In this document: one piece after another, positions 13,401 through 31,100 of the stretch
Layout of the letters: each line of letters starts with the position of its first letter
Position numbering within the stretch: the stretch's first letter is position 1
NCBI RefSeq assembly: GCF_009914755.1
Contig: NC_060930.1
Direction: 5' to 3' (one strand)
From: the human T2T-CHM13v2.0 reference genome, Homo sapiens
Length of the DNA stretch: 64,000 bases
Program-made: the position numbers and the translations under genes
The notes under the pieces: model-generated
What the model saw: the letters and a program-made list of their open reading frames with translations, nothing else
The model's database searches: none
Told to the model about the DNA's origin: nothing

Positions 13401-14530
13401 CAGGGCGGGGAAACCGAAATGGTAACTGGCACATGGCTGCAGGCTCAGTGTGAACAAGTCTGAGAGTGAAAAACACCAGGGGGACCCAGTCATTCAGGGA
13501 TCCGACACTTTTGTGAGTCATAGCTCCAGGACCTCTGAGAAGCTTTCACAGTGAGGATCAGAGAAAAATCTTCTTATGCTGCTGGCAGGGGCAGGGGGAC
13601 AGAAACCACTTGAAATACACTAGAGCATCCTGTTCATCCTAGCCAGGAGAAACCATATAACCAGAGCCCAGCCTACTGGATTTTTCATATCTGGGAGAAA
13701 GGAAGTACCCAATTTCAGCCCATGCTAGCCATCCTGTCCCACTTAAGGGAAGCAGGGTGACCAAAACATACCTGTGAAGTTCATAGTGCAAAGGCCCAAT
13801 CTTGCTAAAAGACTAAGACCTACTCATAGAGCTCTACAGTGCTTACCCACCATCACACAACCACAGGCTTATTAGCTGCAGTTTTTAAGAAACCCATTAT
13901 ATCATGTACACCTATCAGAAAATACGGCAAAGCATCCTAAAATGAGAAAAACACAGTTTGAAGAGACAGAGCGAACATTTGAACCAGACTCAAATATCAA
14001 AGGGATTTTGGAATTCTCAAACTGGGTACTTAAAACAACTATGAATACTCTGTTAAGGGCTCTAATGGACAAAGCAAGCAGCATGCAAAAACAAATGAGT
14101 GATGTTACTAGGCGCATGGAAATTCTAAGAAAGAGTCAAAAGGAAACACCAGAGAGAAACACAGAAACAGAAACGAAGAATGCTTTTGATAGGGTCATTA
14201 GTAGACTGGCCATGGATGAAGAAACAATTTGCACTTGAGTATATGGCAATAGAAACTTCCAAAACTGAGAAGCAAAGAGAAAGAAAGGACCAAAACAAAA
14301 GAGCTGAATATCCACCAAGTATGGGATGACTGTGAAAGGTTTAACTATGTGTAATGGGAACACTAGAAGAAGTAGATAGAAATAGAGAAAGGAATAGAAG
14401 AAATATTTGAAGCAGTAACTGAAAATTTAATTCAAGTTACTATCAAACACCAAACCTCAGATGGTAAGCTCAGAGAGTACCAAGCAGGATAAATGTCCCC
14501 CCCAAAAAAACCGCATCAAGACACATTAGT

Positions 14531-14824
<294 letters not shown>

Positions 14825-15150
14825 TCAGAAAATAAAAGGTAAAGAGAAAATATTGAAAGACACAGGGGAAAAATACCTTAACCTCTAGGGGAGCAAAGAT
14901 CAGAATTACGTACAACCAACTTTTCCACAGACACCATACAGCAAGAAGGCAGTGAAGTCAAATATTTTAAGTGTCAGAGAAAAAGAACACCAAGGTAGAA
15001 TTCTGTACCCTACACATTACCCTTCAAAAGCAAAGAAGAAATAAAGACTTCCCAGACAAGCAAAAATTTAGGGACGATTTTGCCAGTACATCTGCCTTGC
15101 AAGAAAGGTTAAAAGAAATTATTCACAGAGAAGGAAAATGATATAGGTCA

Positions 15151-16049
<899 letters not shown>

Positions 16050-16079
16050 ATTCCCTCCTCTTTTGTTTTTACCCTTCTT

Positions 16080-18090
16080 GGTCTTTTTTTCACTTAAATT
16101 ACTTTGTTTTTTAAAACTGTTCTGGAAGTTTACTTTCTTTTTCATAGGAGGAGGAGCTTAATTTGGTTTCTAATAATAGTAGGTTATTTTGTTGGGTCAT
16201 TAGGGGAATTTGTTTACCGATAGCTGTTTTAATTAACTTTAGTGTTAATCCCCTCACTCAAGGAATGATACAATATCCTATGGCTGTTAAGACCCCTGCC
16301 ACAGTTACAAGAGATGTAAGAAATGAAGCTGCCATTCCTTTCCACTTTTTAAACCAACCTTTTAGCCAATCAGTAAAAGTGTTATTTATTCCTGCATTAT
16401 TTGGCCATCTTATCGGCCAGAGTTGTTAGTTCTTGTAGGTAGTGCCTTTGTAATGGTTTCAGCTGGGGCAGTATTGTTGGGAATGAATGTACAACATTTT
16501 CCTCCCAACATAGCACATACACTACCGTTTACTGCTAATATAATGTTCAGTGCAATTTTGTTTTCCCAAGACATTTGGCTAGTGGCATTTAGTTGGCTGG
16601 CTACACCCTTAAGGGCATCTTGAGTGTAACTGATGAATCTTTTCTGATTATAATAGATGTAATTGATCCAGTTTACCTTTTTCTTAATAGTTGACCACCA
16701 GAAGATTGCTGACTTAAATCCAGCAGCTATTTGGTTTGGAGCCTTAAATGTATTAGACATTCCCCTAGGGATGCCTATGGAACTAATATATACACTGGGG
16801 TCAAAAGAACTTGTTAGATTTCTTTGGTCTCAATGACCATGTGTGTTTTTAAGCATTCTATGGAATGTCAGGGTGAAGGGAATAGCCAGTTGCACTAAAG
16901 CACAAGTTCCGGTTCAACTGGACGGTAACAAGTTAATGGAGGTTCTGTTTCCCACAATACCCCCAGACCTCTGCCTCGGGTTATATGAAGAGCAGAGTAG
17001 TTGCCACAGTCTGGCTTACCGGTGACATTTAGGATGTGGGTGCAGGTTGAAAGCTCCCCCATGGGTTTATTGAACCTCCCCTGCCCCCTGTTTAGAGAGA
17101 CAAGAGGAGTGATGTATATTCCCTACAGAGCACGAGGGGATTGCTCTGGGATCTGCTCTCTGCAAGGTGGGAAAGAGCAATGACAGACTTTTACAAGTCT
17201 TATTTCCCCATGTATCTTTGTCTTGGTATAGAGCCAACATGCAATGCATTCCTTCGGAATTAGTATCCCATCCAAGGGGAAATGGAACCACCTGTGCCTG
17301 AGGTCAACCAGCAGTGCACACATAACAGTTACTCTTACTGTGGGCTTGTACTGAAAATTTATCCCATTTAACCCAGGCATTTAGATCTCCCTCCCCTGTT
17401 TTAATTTTTAATGTTTGTCTTAAATCTTGTACTTCGACTATTTCCACTCTCTTAGGGTTATCATTTGAAGCAAGGTATGGGGTTGGAATGGTGTTAGGCA
17501 GATGGGGAACTGAATTTCTATCTTAAACATAAATCACCCTCTGGGGTCTTTCACCTCAACATCAGCTCCCATTCCATATACTCAAGGGGCTACCATACCA
17601 GTTCTTAGTTCTTCTCCTAAGTCCCATGATCCTAAAAGAGCATGACTCCAAATAGTTAGGAGTATAGGATTACCTTCTAGGTTTTGACAATTAGTTGATG
17701 GGGAGCCCCTGTGTATACCTCACCCAAAATGAAATCTGATGTCCAACCCTGAGGCTTGGTGGTCCACCATATATCTTCCCAGGTATCACAAGGGGGTATA
17801 TCAAGGCCCATGAAGGATTCCGGGCAGAGATACTTTTTTGCTCAAGAGAGCTGTCTCTGGTTTTCCAGACCTCCGCAAAGCAAGACTTGACAGGCATTCA
17901 ATTTTATAGTAATGAGTGTTTTAGCTTCAGTCACATATGCATATGGTGTGGTTTTAGTTATCTTAATTACTAATGTAATTTGTCAATAAGGATATCCCTT
18001 CCAATTCGCCCAGTCCCTGTACCAGCCCCTAGCCCTTGGTATAGTAGCCCATCCTAGTCACATTAATTTCCATAGATGGGGCCAGCTTAT
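16080..18090 (-). pseudogene. env: env relic (SU and TM)
   Basis: ORF 16410-16760: 'NQIAAGF...INYIYYNQ', immunosuppressive-like WENKIALNIIL and CX6CC motif CAMLGGKCC; frameshifts and stops elsewhere. Confidence 0.92.
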
Positions 18091-18169
18091 GTTTCCTTTT
18101 CAGACTTTCCTTAGAGTTAGCTTTAGGGGTTCCTTTGGTGGCGCATATACCCCCACTGACTTTCCCTTC

Positions 18170-21100
18170 TAGGACCTTGTTTACCAGTCCCTTGACCTGT
18201 GTATAGTGAGTCCAGCCTCGTTTAGCTGCTCGCATGGCCATCTTAGTAGTCAGAAGCACTTGATAAGGACCTTCCCAGCTTGGGTAGAGCTTGTCTTCTT
18301 TCCAACTTTTAATTAACACTGAGTCGCCAGTTTGGAAGTGATGAACCACGAATTCAAGAGGCAGAATTTGAAATAGTACTTTTAACCTGAGGGAGGACAG
18401 AGTAGATGATATGGCCGGTATATAATTTTTTAAAGAATTGATCCTTACTTTTCGTGATGGGAAGGTCTGTACTCCTACCCACATATGGGAGTCCATATAA
18501 TAATTTATAGGGGGACAGTCCCCAAGTTTTTCCAGGGGCTGTCCTAATTCTAAGGAGTGTAATGGGGAGGCACTTTGTGCAGGGCATTTTGGTTTATAGG
18601 ATTAGTTTGGCAATATGTTTTTTGAGGGTTTGATTCATTCTTTCTAGTTTTCCAGAGGAAGGGGGACCCCATGGGGTATGATAATTTGATTTAATTTGTA
18701 AGCCCTCCATGATTCCCCTCAACACCACCGGGGTAAAGTGACTCCCATTGTCTGAATCAATGTTCTCTACCAGGCCAAATTTTGGTATAATTTGCTCTAA
18801 GATTATTTTAACCACATTCCCAGCAGTGGCATTCGTGAGGGGAAAGGCCTCCACCCAGCCACAGAGGTGATTCACTATTACCAGTAAATACTTTAGTCTC
18901 CCTGTTTTAGGCATTTCTGTAAAATCTATTTGAATGCTTTGAAATGGTCTCAGCCCGGGAGGTCTTCCCCCTGTAGTCTGCTTCCTAGTTACCTTTGGTT
19001 TATTTTCTGACAAGTTACACAGCCTCTGCATACTTGCTTAGAAGGGTATAGATTCCTGTGCAACTGTAAGTTTTTAGTATTGCATTACACGTAGCCTGAG
19101 GGCCCCAGTGACTTCCCATGTGCATTATGGACTTCAGTTCTCTCATTATGGGTTTACTTATCATTTCCCTCCCTTCGCGAAGCATCTGCCTCCCCTTCAG
19201 TTTGAGTTTCCTCCTTCTCTTTGGAAAATCAGGGTCTTCATACCACATTAGGGATATCTGAGATTAGGCTGAATGGTCTAACTTCTTTCTCCACGGAGGC
19301 TTGCATAGCAACTTCATCCTCAAGCCCGTTCCTTGCAGCTTCTACAGTGTTTCCTTTTTGATGGCCATTTACATGAACTATGGCTATTTCTGCCGAGAGC
19401 AAGGGGCTTTCTAAAATTTGTTTAATCGGTTCTCCATGTACCAATTCCTTTCCCCTGTTATTTAGTAGGCCCCGTTCTGACCAGATTTTCCAAAGGTGCC
19501 TACTACCCCGTAGGCATATTTGGAGTTAGTGTATATAGTGCCCTTTTGGCCTTTAAGGAGATTCAGAGCCTGATTATGTGCATGTAATTCACAGGTTTGG
19601 GCCGACCAATTATTAGGCAGCCTGTCCTTTTCACATAAGAGTTATTTGTTTCCATGAATGATAGCATAGCCATTATGTCTCTTGTCTTCTATCACTCAGG
19701 ACGACCCATCTATAAACAGCCTGACTCTGTCATGTAGCAGGGCTTCCCTAAGGTCCCGTCTCATTTTAGTTTGGTAGTCTGATATCCAAGCAGTTATGGT
19801 TAAGAGCTCCTTTATCTTCTTCTCCCTTCCATAGGAAATTGGCTGTATTTAGGCAAGTATCTGTTGTTAAAACCAAATTTTTAAAATCTTTTTCTAACAA
19901 TATGGCTTCATATTTTGGAATTCGGGAAATTGTTAACCATCTTCCAGCCTTCTGGTTTAATGTGGTCCTGACCTGTTGCAGGGTACTCACTATTAGAGCC
20001 CCATCAAAAGTTAGCTTTTGGCTCTCTTCTGCATGCAGAGCTGTAGCTGCTATCACTTGTACACATTCAGGCCACCTTCTAGAGACAGGATCAAGAAGTT
20101 TGGAAACAAAGATCCCCAGATTTGAGTAAGCACCCCAAGGGCAACACCCTGATCCACTGTCACCAACAAATGGAACGGTTTCTCTAGAGGTGGGAGGGCC
20201 AGGACCGGAGCTGTTACAAGAGCTTGCTTTTGTTCTTCTAATGCCTGAATTTCTTCTGGGGAACAGCCAAGGGATTAGGTTTCTTTTCTGGTAGTTTAAG
20301 ATATAAAATTCTTATCTTTCAGGCATATGAGTCAATCCATAATCTACAATAGCCTGTTAAGCCTAGGAATTTCCAGATCTCTCTCTTTGTTGTAGGTAAA
20401 GGTAAGTCCACTACCCCAGATATCCTTTCTGGGTTCATTCTCTGCTTCCCTTCACTAATCACGTGTCCCAAGTATTTAATTTATTTTTCTACAAAGTGTA
20501 GTTTGTTTTTAGAGACTCATAATTTCTTTTCCCCTAGAAAATTTAGTAAACTTATGGTGGTTTCTGAAACCTCTGTCCTTTTTCCCCAGAGATTAAAAGG
20601 TTATCAATGTATTGTAACAACTGAGTTCCCCTAAGGGTTTGGAATTCTTCCGATACCCTTTAGAGGACCTGACCAAATAAGTTTGGGGCTTCAGTGAAAC
20701 GATGTGGCAGCACAGTCCAGCGATGCTGCTGTTTCCTCCCGGTTGTGGGATTTTCCTATTTGATGGCAAAGAGATCTCTACTTTTAGATTCTAAGGAGCA
20801 TGACCAAAATGCATCTTTCAGGACCACCACACTGAACCACTTGTGTTCATAGGGTATCTTACCAAGGAGATTGTAAGGATTAGCCACTATAGGGTGGCAG
20901 GCCTGAACAATTTGATTTATAGCCCTTAGATCCTGTACTAACCTGTATGACCCATGCAGTTTCTTGACTGGGAGAATTGGGGTACTGTATGGTGACATAC
21001 AGGGTTCCAATAACCCATCTTTAACTAACTCTATTACCGGTTGGAGGCCTTTTCTTCCTTTAATGGGCACAGGATATTGTTTTCTATAGACGATTTCCCC

Positions 21101-21200
21101 AGGTTGTTTGAATTCAATTTGTAAGAGTGTGATTCTTAACCCTAAACTATTGTCTTTCCTAACCCATACAAGGGGATCAATTTTAGGTTACTTTCTTCTT
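18170..21200 (-). pseudogene. pol: pol relic (RT, RNase H, integrase)
   Basis: RT 'SPYSTPILPVKK...YRLVQDLRAIN...LKDAFW'; active site reads QYIDNL (YIDD degenerate, ~20597-20614); RNase H 'IAIVHVNGHQ'; integrase 'QIDFTEMP...DSDNG...ERMN' and 'WEGPYQVLL'. Confidence 0.95.
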
Positions 21201-21568
21201 CTTCAGATAGGAGACTCATGATCACATTTATTCATCCCTCCTCTACTCCTAATCCTAGGCCCAATCTTACAGTCAGGTCTTGATCCAGGAGGTTAGTTAC
21301 TGCTTTAGGAACATATAAGAATGACTCTTTAATCTGTTCTGATCCTAATCTAATTACCATTTTCTTGAATAACCTGAAATCCCTCCCATTTTACCCCTGA
21401 TACTGTTAGTTTTTCCTTAAAGACCTCTGTACCTTTTGGTTGGTGAATTACGGAGGAGCAAACTAAACCAGTACTGACCAAAAATGTTACTTCTTCCCCT
21501 TCAGGTCCCACCCTCCAATTTATCAAGGGTTCCTGGTGGGACCTACCCATAAGGAACCCCTGACTCTC
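21200..21568 (-). pseudogene. pro: Protease relic
   Basis: 'EVTFLVSTG' (catalytic DTG mutated to STG), in frame after the gag TAG at 21569-21571, as in gammaretroviral read-through. Confidence 0.8.
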
Positions 21569-23444
<1,876 letters not shown>

Positions 23445-23886
23445 TTTCGGCTGGTCCCTTTGTTTGAGTTTCCCTGTGTACTCAACCCCCTACTGGAGGT
23501 TTCTTGCTCACCCCAAGAGTCAACCGCTTCACCCATCTCCGGCTGTTTCCCTCGCGAGAGAACAGAACCGCACATTGGGACTCTGCACTCGCTTCGTGTC
23601 GAGAATACATCTCAGTCACACAATCTCACTCGACCTCTGAAAATGCCCAACTACCAAGGCAGTACTTGCAGTTTAATTTTCCTACCGTGGCTTATGCACG
23701 AGGTTGCCTGCTTGCTGCAGTGCCTGCTTTTCTCTCTCTGCCACCTCCGCTGCTTCCTGAATAACAATCTCGGGTTTATCTATGGCCTCAGCAGGGAGCT
23801 GGGACTCCTGGACAGAGCAGGCCACCTAAGTAGGGTGGGACGTATCTCCCCTCTCAGCCGGGGACCCACTCCACGCAGGCACAGAG

Positions 23887-23904
23887 ATCCCAAATGAGCC
23901 CCCA
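23887..23904 (-). promoter_or_regulatory. Primer binding site, tRNA-Pro
   Basis: Minus strand TGGGGGCTCATTTGGGAT versus canonical TGGGGGCTCGTCCGGGAT (15/18), 3 nt from the 5' LTR. Confidence 0.88.
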
Positions 23905-23907
23905 GAT

Positions 23908-24523
23908 TGTGAGAAACAAACTCACCCGTCCAAACCCAAAGAATGGACTCAGGGGCACGGAGAAGAGCAGAAGCAAAACTTTAATGGCGGTCTTGCAAGA
24001 TTGGGTATCTGGCATGCAGGCATACCCGGAACAGTTTCAACAAGCAATTTATTTCCTAGTGCACAGGTCCCTCTCCCAGTTCCTCATCGACTGAGTGCTA
24101 TGGGGTTACAATCTTTCCAAACATCGCCTATTGGTAGCGGGGTGAAGGCTTCAAGTCTGTTCTTTAGGGTCTTTTTGCTGCATTTTATTGCAGCCCATAA
24201 TGCATTGCAGCTGGCTCAGGACTCTTTAAACATTTGATTTATGGCCCCAGTGGCTACACGGATAAGAAAGGGTACAATTATCTATGTTGCAGGCTAGCCT
24301 AAACTAAATTCTTTCATGGGGTGGGAAGGGGGGACTTAAGCGGGATAGCCTGACTAATAGGGGCCTGGCCACTGAGTGACAGGGAAAGCAGAAAGGCAAG
24401 GTGGTGGCTCATAGCTCAGTACATTCTGCTTCTTTATTCCTTTATTTCCATGAAGCCTGCTTAAACTTATACTAAAGCACTTAGAATTGAAAATGGACCA
24501 CCACATGTAGGTTATTCTCTATA
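23908..24523 (-). promoter_or_regulatory. 5' LTR of the HERV-I-like provirus (~616 bp)
   Basis: Homologous to 15151-16049 without the Alu; AATAAA on the minus strand near 24184-24189; adjacent PBS. Confidence 0.92.
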
Positions 24524-26278
24524 GTCATAAACTCAGGTTTAAAGAAAAAGAAGCATTGAAGAAGATATAAGTGAAGTTAAATAAAAACGTTTGCTATTCT
24601 TTAACAGATAACAGATTGTAAAAAAAAAAAAAAGCAAGGAAGTATTCAATTATGTATGCTTGTCTGTGTGTGTGTGTTTGCTTACATATAACTGAATGGG
24701 CAGCAATAATACAAAAGGCAAGAGGAAGACATTAATATCATTTTGCTACTAAAAGATCATGCACTACCCATTAAGTGGTGTAATATTAATTGAAAGTGGA
24801 CTTGGATTAGTCATAAATGTATATTGCGAACTCTAGAGCAACCACTACAAAATTAAAATTAATTTACTAAGAAAGAAAATATTGATCACAAATAATAATA
24901 TAAATTCTCAATTAAAATTATAAAAAACAAAAGAGTGAAAGACAAAATAAGAACAAAAAACAAGGCCAACAAATAGAAAAGAATAACAAATATAGTACAT
25001 ATTAATACAAATAGCTAAACAATCACTTTGAGAGTCAATGCTCCAAATATACAGATTAAAGTGTAACAATTTTTAGAATAGATTAAAAGATAAGACCCAC
25101 GGATCTTTTGTCTTTAATAAACCCACTTTAAATATAAAGACACATGTAGATTAAAAGTAAATGGATGGTGAAACATAGACCATGCTAGCACCAATCAAAA
25201 GCAAGCAGAATTAGCTGTGTTAATTTTAGAAAAAGCATACTTCAGAGCAAAGAAAATTATGGGGAACAAAGAGAGGAATTACCTCATGATAAAGTGGTCA
25301 ATTCTAGAAGAAGAAATTCCAGTTCTTAATGTGTATGCACCTAACTACACAGCATCCAAATATGTGAGGTAAACCTGATAGAACTGGAAAGAGAAATAGA
25401 TTAACCCACAATAATAGTAGATTTCAACATCTGCTCCATCAGAAATAGACAGATCCAGTCAGCATAAAATCAGTAAGGACATCATTGAATTGAACAACAC
25501 CATCAATCAACTGGATGTAATTGACATCTATAGACTACTTCATCTAACAACAGCAGATTACACATTCTTCTTAAACTCACATGGAATACTCATTGAGATG
25601 GATCAAATTTAGGATCATGAAATGCATCTTAACACATTTAAAATAGAAATCATATAATGTCTGCTTTCAGAACTCAGTGAAATCATACTATAAATCCATG
25701 ACAAAAAGATAGTTGGAAAATCCCAAAATAGATGGAGATTAAATAACACATTTCTAAATGACACATAGGTCAAAGGAGAAGTCTCAAGTTAATTTTTTTA
25801 GTTAAATCAAAATGAGATACAACTTAGCAAAATTTATGATATATAGCTCAAGTAGTGCTTAGAGGGAAATTTAAGTAATTTAATGTATATATTGGAAACG
25901 AAGTAAGATATAAAATTAATGAGCTATGCTTCCACTTTAGGAAACCAGGAAAAGAAGGGCAAATTAAATCCAAAGTAAGCAGAAGAAAAGGAATAATAAA
26001 AATTAGAGTAGAAATAAATGATATTGGAATATTGAAATTACTAGAGAAAATCAACAAAATCAAAGCCTGGTTCTATGAAAATATTAATAAAATCAATAAA
26101 CCACTAGTGGGGCTATGAAGAAAAAAGTGGCAAAGACACAAATTTATAATATCAAAAATAAAAACTATCACTACAGATCCAATGACATTAAAAGGATAAT
26201 AAAAAATGTCTTAACAACTTTGTGTGTCTACAAATTTGGTAACACAGAAGAAATGAACCAATCCTTAAAAAATATAAT

Positions 26279-26570
<292 letters not shown>

Positions 26571-29012
26571 TATATAATTTGTGAAAACTCCCACAAGAAC
26601 AAGTAGATAATGTGAATATGCCATATTTATTTTGTAATTAAATTAATAATAATTATTTACCCTTAAATATAGAAAGTATCAGACCCAAATGGTTCACTTG
26701 TGAATTCTACCAAACATCTAAAGAAGAAATTATATCAATTCTCTACAATCTCTTCCAGAAGATAGAGGTAGAGGGAATACTTCCTAGGTCATTCTATGAG
26801 GCTAGTATTACCCTAATACCAAAACCAGATAAAGACATTACTGGAACTGACATCTCTCATGAATATAGAGGCAAAAATCTTTAACAAAATATTAGCAAAT
26901 CAAATCCAACAATATTCATAAAGAATTATATAATACAACCAAGTGGGATTTATCTCAAGTGTGCAGGGCTAGGTCAACGTTAGAAAATAAACTAATGCAA
27001 TTCATTACATCCACAGACTAAAGAAGAAAAATTATATTAACTTATCAATGGATGCAGAAAAAGTACTTGACAAAATTCAACACCCATTTATGATAAAAAC
27101 TCTCAGCAAATTAAGAATAGAAGAAAACTTCAAATTGATAAAGAATAGCTACAAAAAATCTTATAGCTAACGTCATACTTAATGGTGAGAAATTAGAAGT
27201 TTCTCTCTAAGATAAGGAATGATGTTAAGGATGTCCCCTCTCACTACTCCTTTTCATTACCACTGGAAGTCTTGGCTAATGCAAAAAGACAAGACAAGAA
27301 GAGAAAAGAAAGTATATGCACTTAGAAAGGAAGAGATAAAACTAACTTTAGTCTTAAATGACATGATTGTTGATATAGAAAATCCAAAAGAATCAACAAC
27401 AACAACAAAAAGCTTCTGGAACTAGTAAGTGATTATAGCAAAGTTGCAGGATACAAGGTTAATATACAAAAACATTCCTTGCCCTATATACCAGCAATGA
27501 ACAATTGAAATTTGAAATTTAAAATATGATACCACTTACATTAGCACCAAAAAGGCATGAAATAATTAGGTATAAATTGAACCAAATATGTGCAAGACAT
27601 ATATGAGCAAAACTACAAAATTCTGATGACAGAAATCAAAGAAAAAATAAATAAATGGAGAGCTATTTATTTATAAAGAAATAGGAAGAGTCAATATTTT
27701 TAATATGTCAATTCTTCACAGTTTGATCTATAGATTCAATGCAACCTCAATAAAAATGCCAGCAAATTACTTTGTAGATATTAAGAAACTGATTATGAGT
27801 TTTATTTCGAGAGAAAATAGACCCCAAATGACCAACACAATATGGAGGAAGAACAAAGTCAGAAGATCGGTACTACCTGACTTCAAGACTTACTATAAAG
27901 CTGCACTAATCAAGACAGTGTGGTTATGGTGAAACAATAGATAAATAGTTCAATAGGACAGAATTGAGAGCCCTGAAACAAACTCACATAAATACGGTCA
28001 AATAATATTTGACCAAAGGGCAAAGATAATGCAGTGGAGAAAAGAAGGTAGTCTTTTCAAGAAAAAGAGCTGGAACAACTGGAAATCCACATGCAGAGAA
28101 AAAAAAAAACTGGAAACAGACCTTTTACTCTTCCCACAAAACTTTTAAATTTATAGATAATAATAGGAAAATATCTAGATGACCTTGGGTATGGTGATTA
28201 CTTTTAGACATAATACCAAAGGCATGAATCACAAAATAAATATTTTATAGGCTGGACTTAATTAAAATTTAAAAGTCTGCAAAAGACATTGTCAAGAACA
28301 CTAAAAGATAAGGAAGATAAGTCACAAACAAAAAGAAAATATTTGCAAAATGTCTATCTGATAAAGTGGTTATCCAAAATATACAAAGAACTTTTTAAAA
28401 TTCAACAATGAAAACATCCTAATTTTCTAATAAGGAAAAGACCTGAACAGACACCTCAAACAAAGAAGATATATGTGTCAAATAAGCATATGAAAAAATG
28501 CTTAATATATGTCATTAGGAAATTGTAAATTAAAACATTACCCACATATTAGAATGGTCCAAATCCAAAACGCTGACAATACCAAATACTGGAGAGAAAG
28601 TGGAGCAACAGGAACTCTCATCCATTGCTGATGGGAATTCAAAATGGTGCAGCCACTTCGGAAGACAGTCGGTCAGTTTCTCACAAAACTAACCATACTC
28701 TTGTATATGATCCAACAATCATGCTCCTTAGTATTTACCTAAATGAATTGAAAGCATATGTCCACCCAAAAACCTGCACACAAATGTTTAAAGCAGCTTT
28801 ATTCACAATTGTCAAAACTCGGAAGCAACTAAGGTGTCCTTCAGTAGGTGAATGGATAAATAAACTGTAATACATCCACATCATGGCATATTATTCAGTG
28901 CTAAAAAGAAATAAGCTATCAAGCCATGTAAAGACATCAAAGAACTTTCAATTTATCTTATGAAGGGAAAGAAGCCAAGCTGGAAAGGCTATATACTGTG
29001 TGATTTCAAATA

Positions 29013-29840
29013 CAGTCATGTGTCATTTAACAATGGGGAAACATTCTGAGAAATGCATCAATATCTGATTTTGTCACTGTGTGAACATCACAGAGTGTAC
29101 TTAAACAAACCTAGGTGGTGCAGCGTATTAAGCACTTAGCTCTATGGAGTAGCCTATTGCTCTTAGGCCACAAACCTGTGCAGCATGTGACTGTACTGAA
29201 TACTGGAGGCAATTGTAACATGATGATAAGCATTTTTGTATCTAAACATAGAAAAGTTACAGTAAAAATATGGTATAAAATCTAAAACATGGTTCATCTA
29301 TACAAGGCACTTATCACGAAGGAGCTTGCAGGACTGAATGTTGCTCTGGGTGAGTCAGTGAGTGAGTGGTGAGTGAATGTGAATGCCTAGAACATTGGTG
29401 TACACTACTATAGATTTAAAACACTGCACAAGTAGGCTACAATAAATGTATTTAAAAATTTTTCTTCAATAATAATTTAGCCTTAGCTTACTGTAATGTT
29501 TTTCCTTTACATATGCTTTAATTTTTTAAACTTTTATACTCTTTTGTAATAACACAGCTGAAAACAGAAACATTGTAGGGATGTAAAAAGAATTCTTTAT
29601 ACACTTATTCTATAAGCTTTTTTCTATTTTTAAGTTTTTTATTGATATGTTTTATTTTTTAAGCTTTTTTTTTAAAAACTAAGACACAAACACACATTAT
29701 AGCCTAGGCCTACTCAGGATCAGGATCATCAAGACATCACTGGGTGATAAAAATTTTCCAGCTCCATTATAATCTTATGGGACCACTGTAGTGTATGTAG
29801 TCTATGATTGACCAAAACATCATTATGCAGCACATGGCTG
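29013..29840. mobile_element. Tigger3/MER7-type Tc1-mariner non-autonomous DNA transposon
   Basis: Terminal inverted repeats cagtcatgtg...cacatggctg, flanked by TA on both sides. Confidence 0.88.
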
Positions 29841-30024
29841 TATATGACACTCTGGAAAAGGAAAAACTGTGGAGATAGTGAAAGAATCCCTGGTTGCCAG
29901 GTGATGGGGTGAGCAGGGGAGAAGGGAATGCACAGGTAGGGCACAGAGGATTTGGGACCAGTGGAACTCTTCTATATGAAGCTCTAAGGGTCTATAATGC
30001 CATTGTTGCTCAAAACTCATAGAA

Positions 30025-30535
30025 CAGGGGTCACCAACCCCTGGGACATGAACCAATACCTGTTAGGAACCAGGCAGCACAGCAGAAGGTGAGTGGCGAG
30101 CAAGCAAAGACTCATCTGTATTTATAGCCGCTCCCCATCGCTGGTATTACCACCTGAGCTCCTCCTCCTGTCAGAGGAGCTGCAGCATTAGATTCTCATT
30201 GGAACACTAACCCTATTGCGAACTGCCCATGCAAGGGATCTAGGTCATGTGCTCCTTATGAGAATCTAGTGCCTAATGATCTGTCACTGTCTCCTATCAC
30301 CTCCAGATGGAACTGTCTAGTTTCAGGAAAACAAGATCAGGGCTGCCACTGATTCTACAATATGGTGAGTTGTATAATTATTTTAATATATATCATAACA
30401 TAGAAATGATAGAAATACAGTGCACAATAAATGTAATGCACTTGAGTCATCCCCAAACCATCCCCCCACCCTATTGGTCCATGAAAAAATTGTCTTCCAC
30501 AAAACTGGTCCCGCCAAAAAGTTTTAGGACTGCTG
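30025..30535 (+). mobile_element. MER1A hAT-Charlie DNA transposon
   Basis: caggggtcaccaacc...ggactgctg; 8-bp TSD tcatagaa/ccatagaa. Confidence 0.9.
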
Positions 30536-30869
30536 CCATAGAATATGTACAGCACCAGGAGTGAACTCCGGACTTTGGGTGATAACAATGTGTCAGTATA
30601 GGGTCATCGGATGTAACAGAGCTATGGCTGTGGACAGGGTGGTTGATAGAGAGGGAGGCTGCTTGTGTGAGGGTGGGGGACATAAGAGAGCTTGTATCTG
30701 CCACTCAATTTTGCTGCAAACCTAAAACTCTTCTAAAATATAAGGCCCGTTTACAAAAATAACACATGGACAAATAGGTGAATCTTAAAACAGAGATTGA
30801 AAATAAATGAAGCAAAAACTTACAAAGTGAAAAGAAAAATCCACATGTCAGCTAAATGCTGAATTATTC

Positions 30870-31100
30870 TTGAAAAAGTAAACTATAGAGACAGAAAACA
30901 GATCAGTCAGTGGTTGGCAGGGGCTGCGGGCTGGGTGAAGGGTTGACCCCAGGGGGCACAGGGAAATATTTTAGAATAATGGAACTGTTCAAGAGATTTA
31001 TTGTAGTAGTAGTATGCCTGTATATCTTTGCCAAAATTCACTAAATTCTGTACTAAAAAAGGTGAATTTCATGCTATGTAAATTATACCTTAATTTTTAA
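30870..31100 (+). mobile_element. L1ME-type 3' end fragment
   Basis: aactatagagacagaaaacagatcagt...gtggttggcagggg...atgtaaattatacct. Confidence 0.75.
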
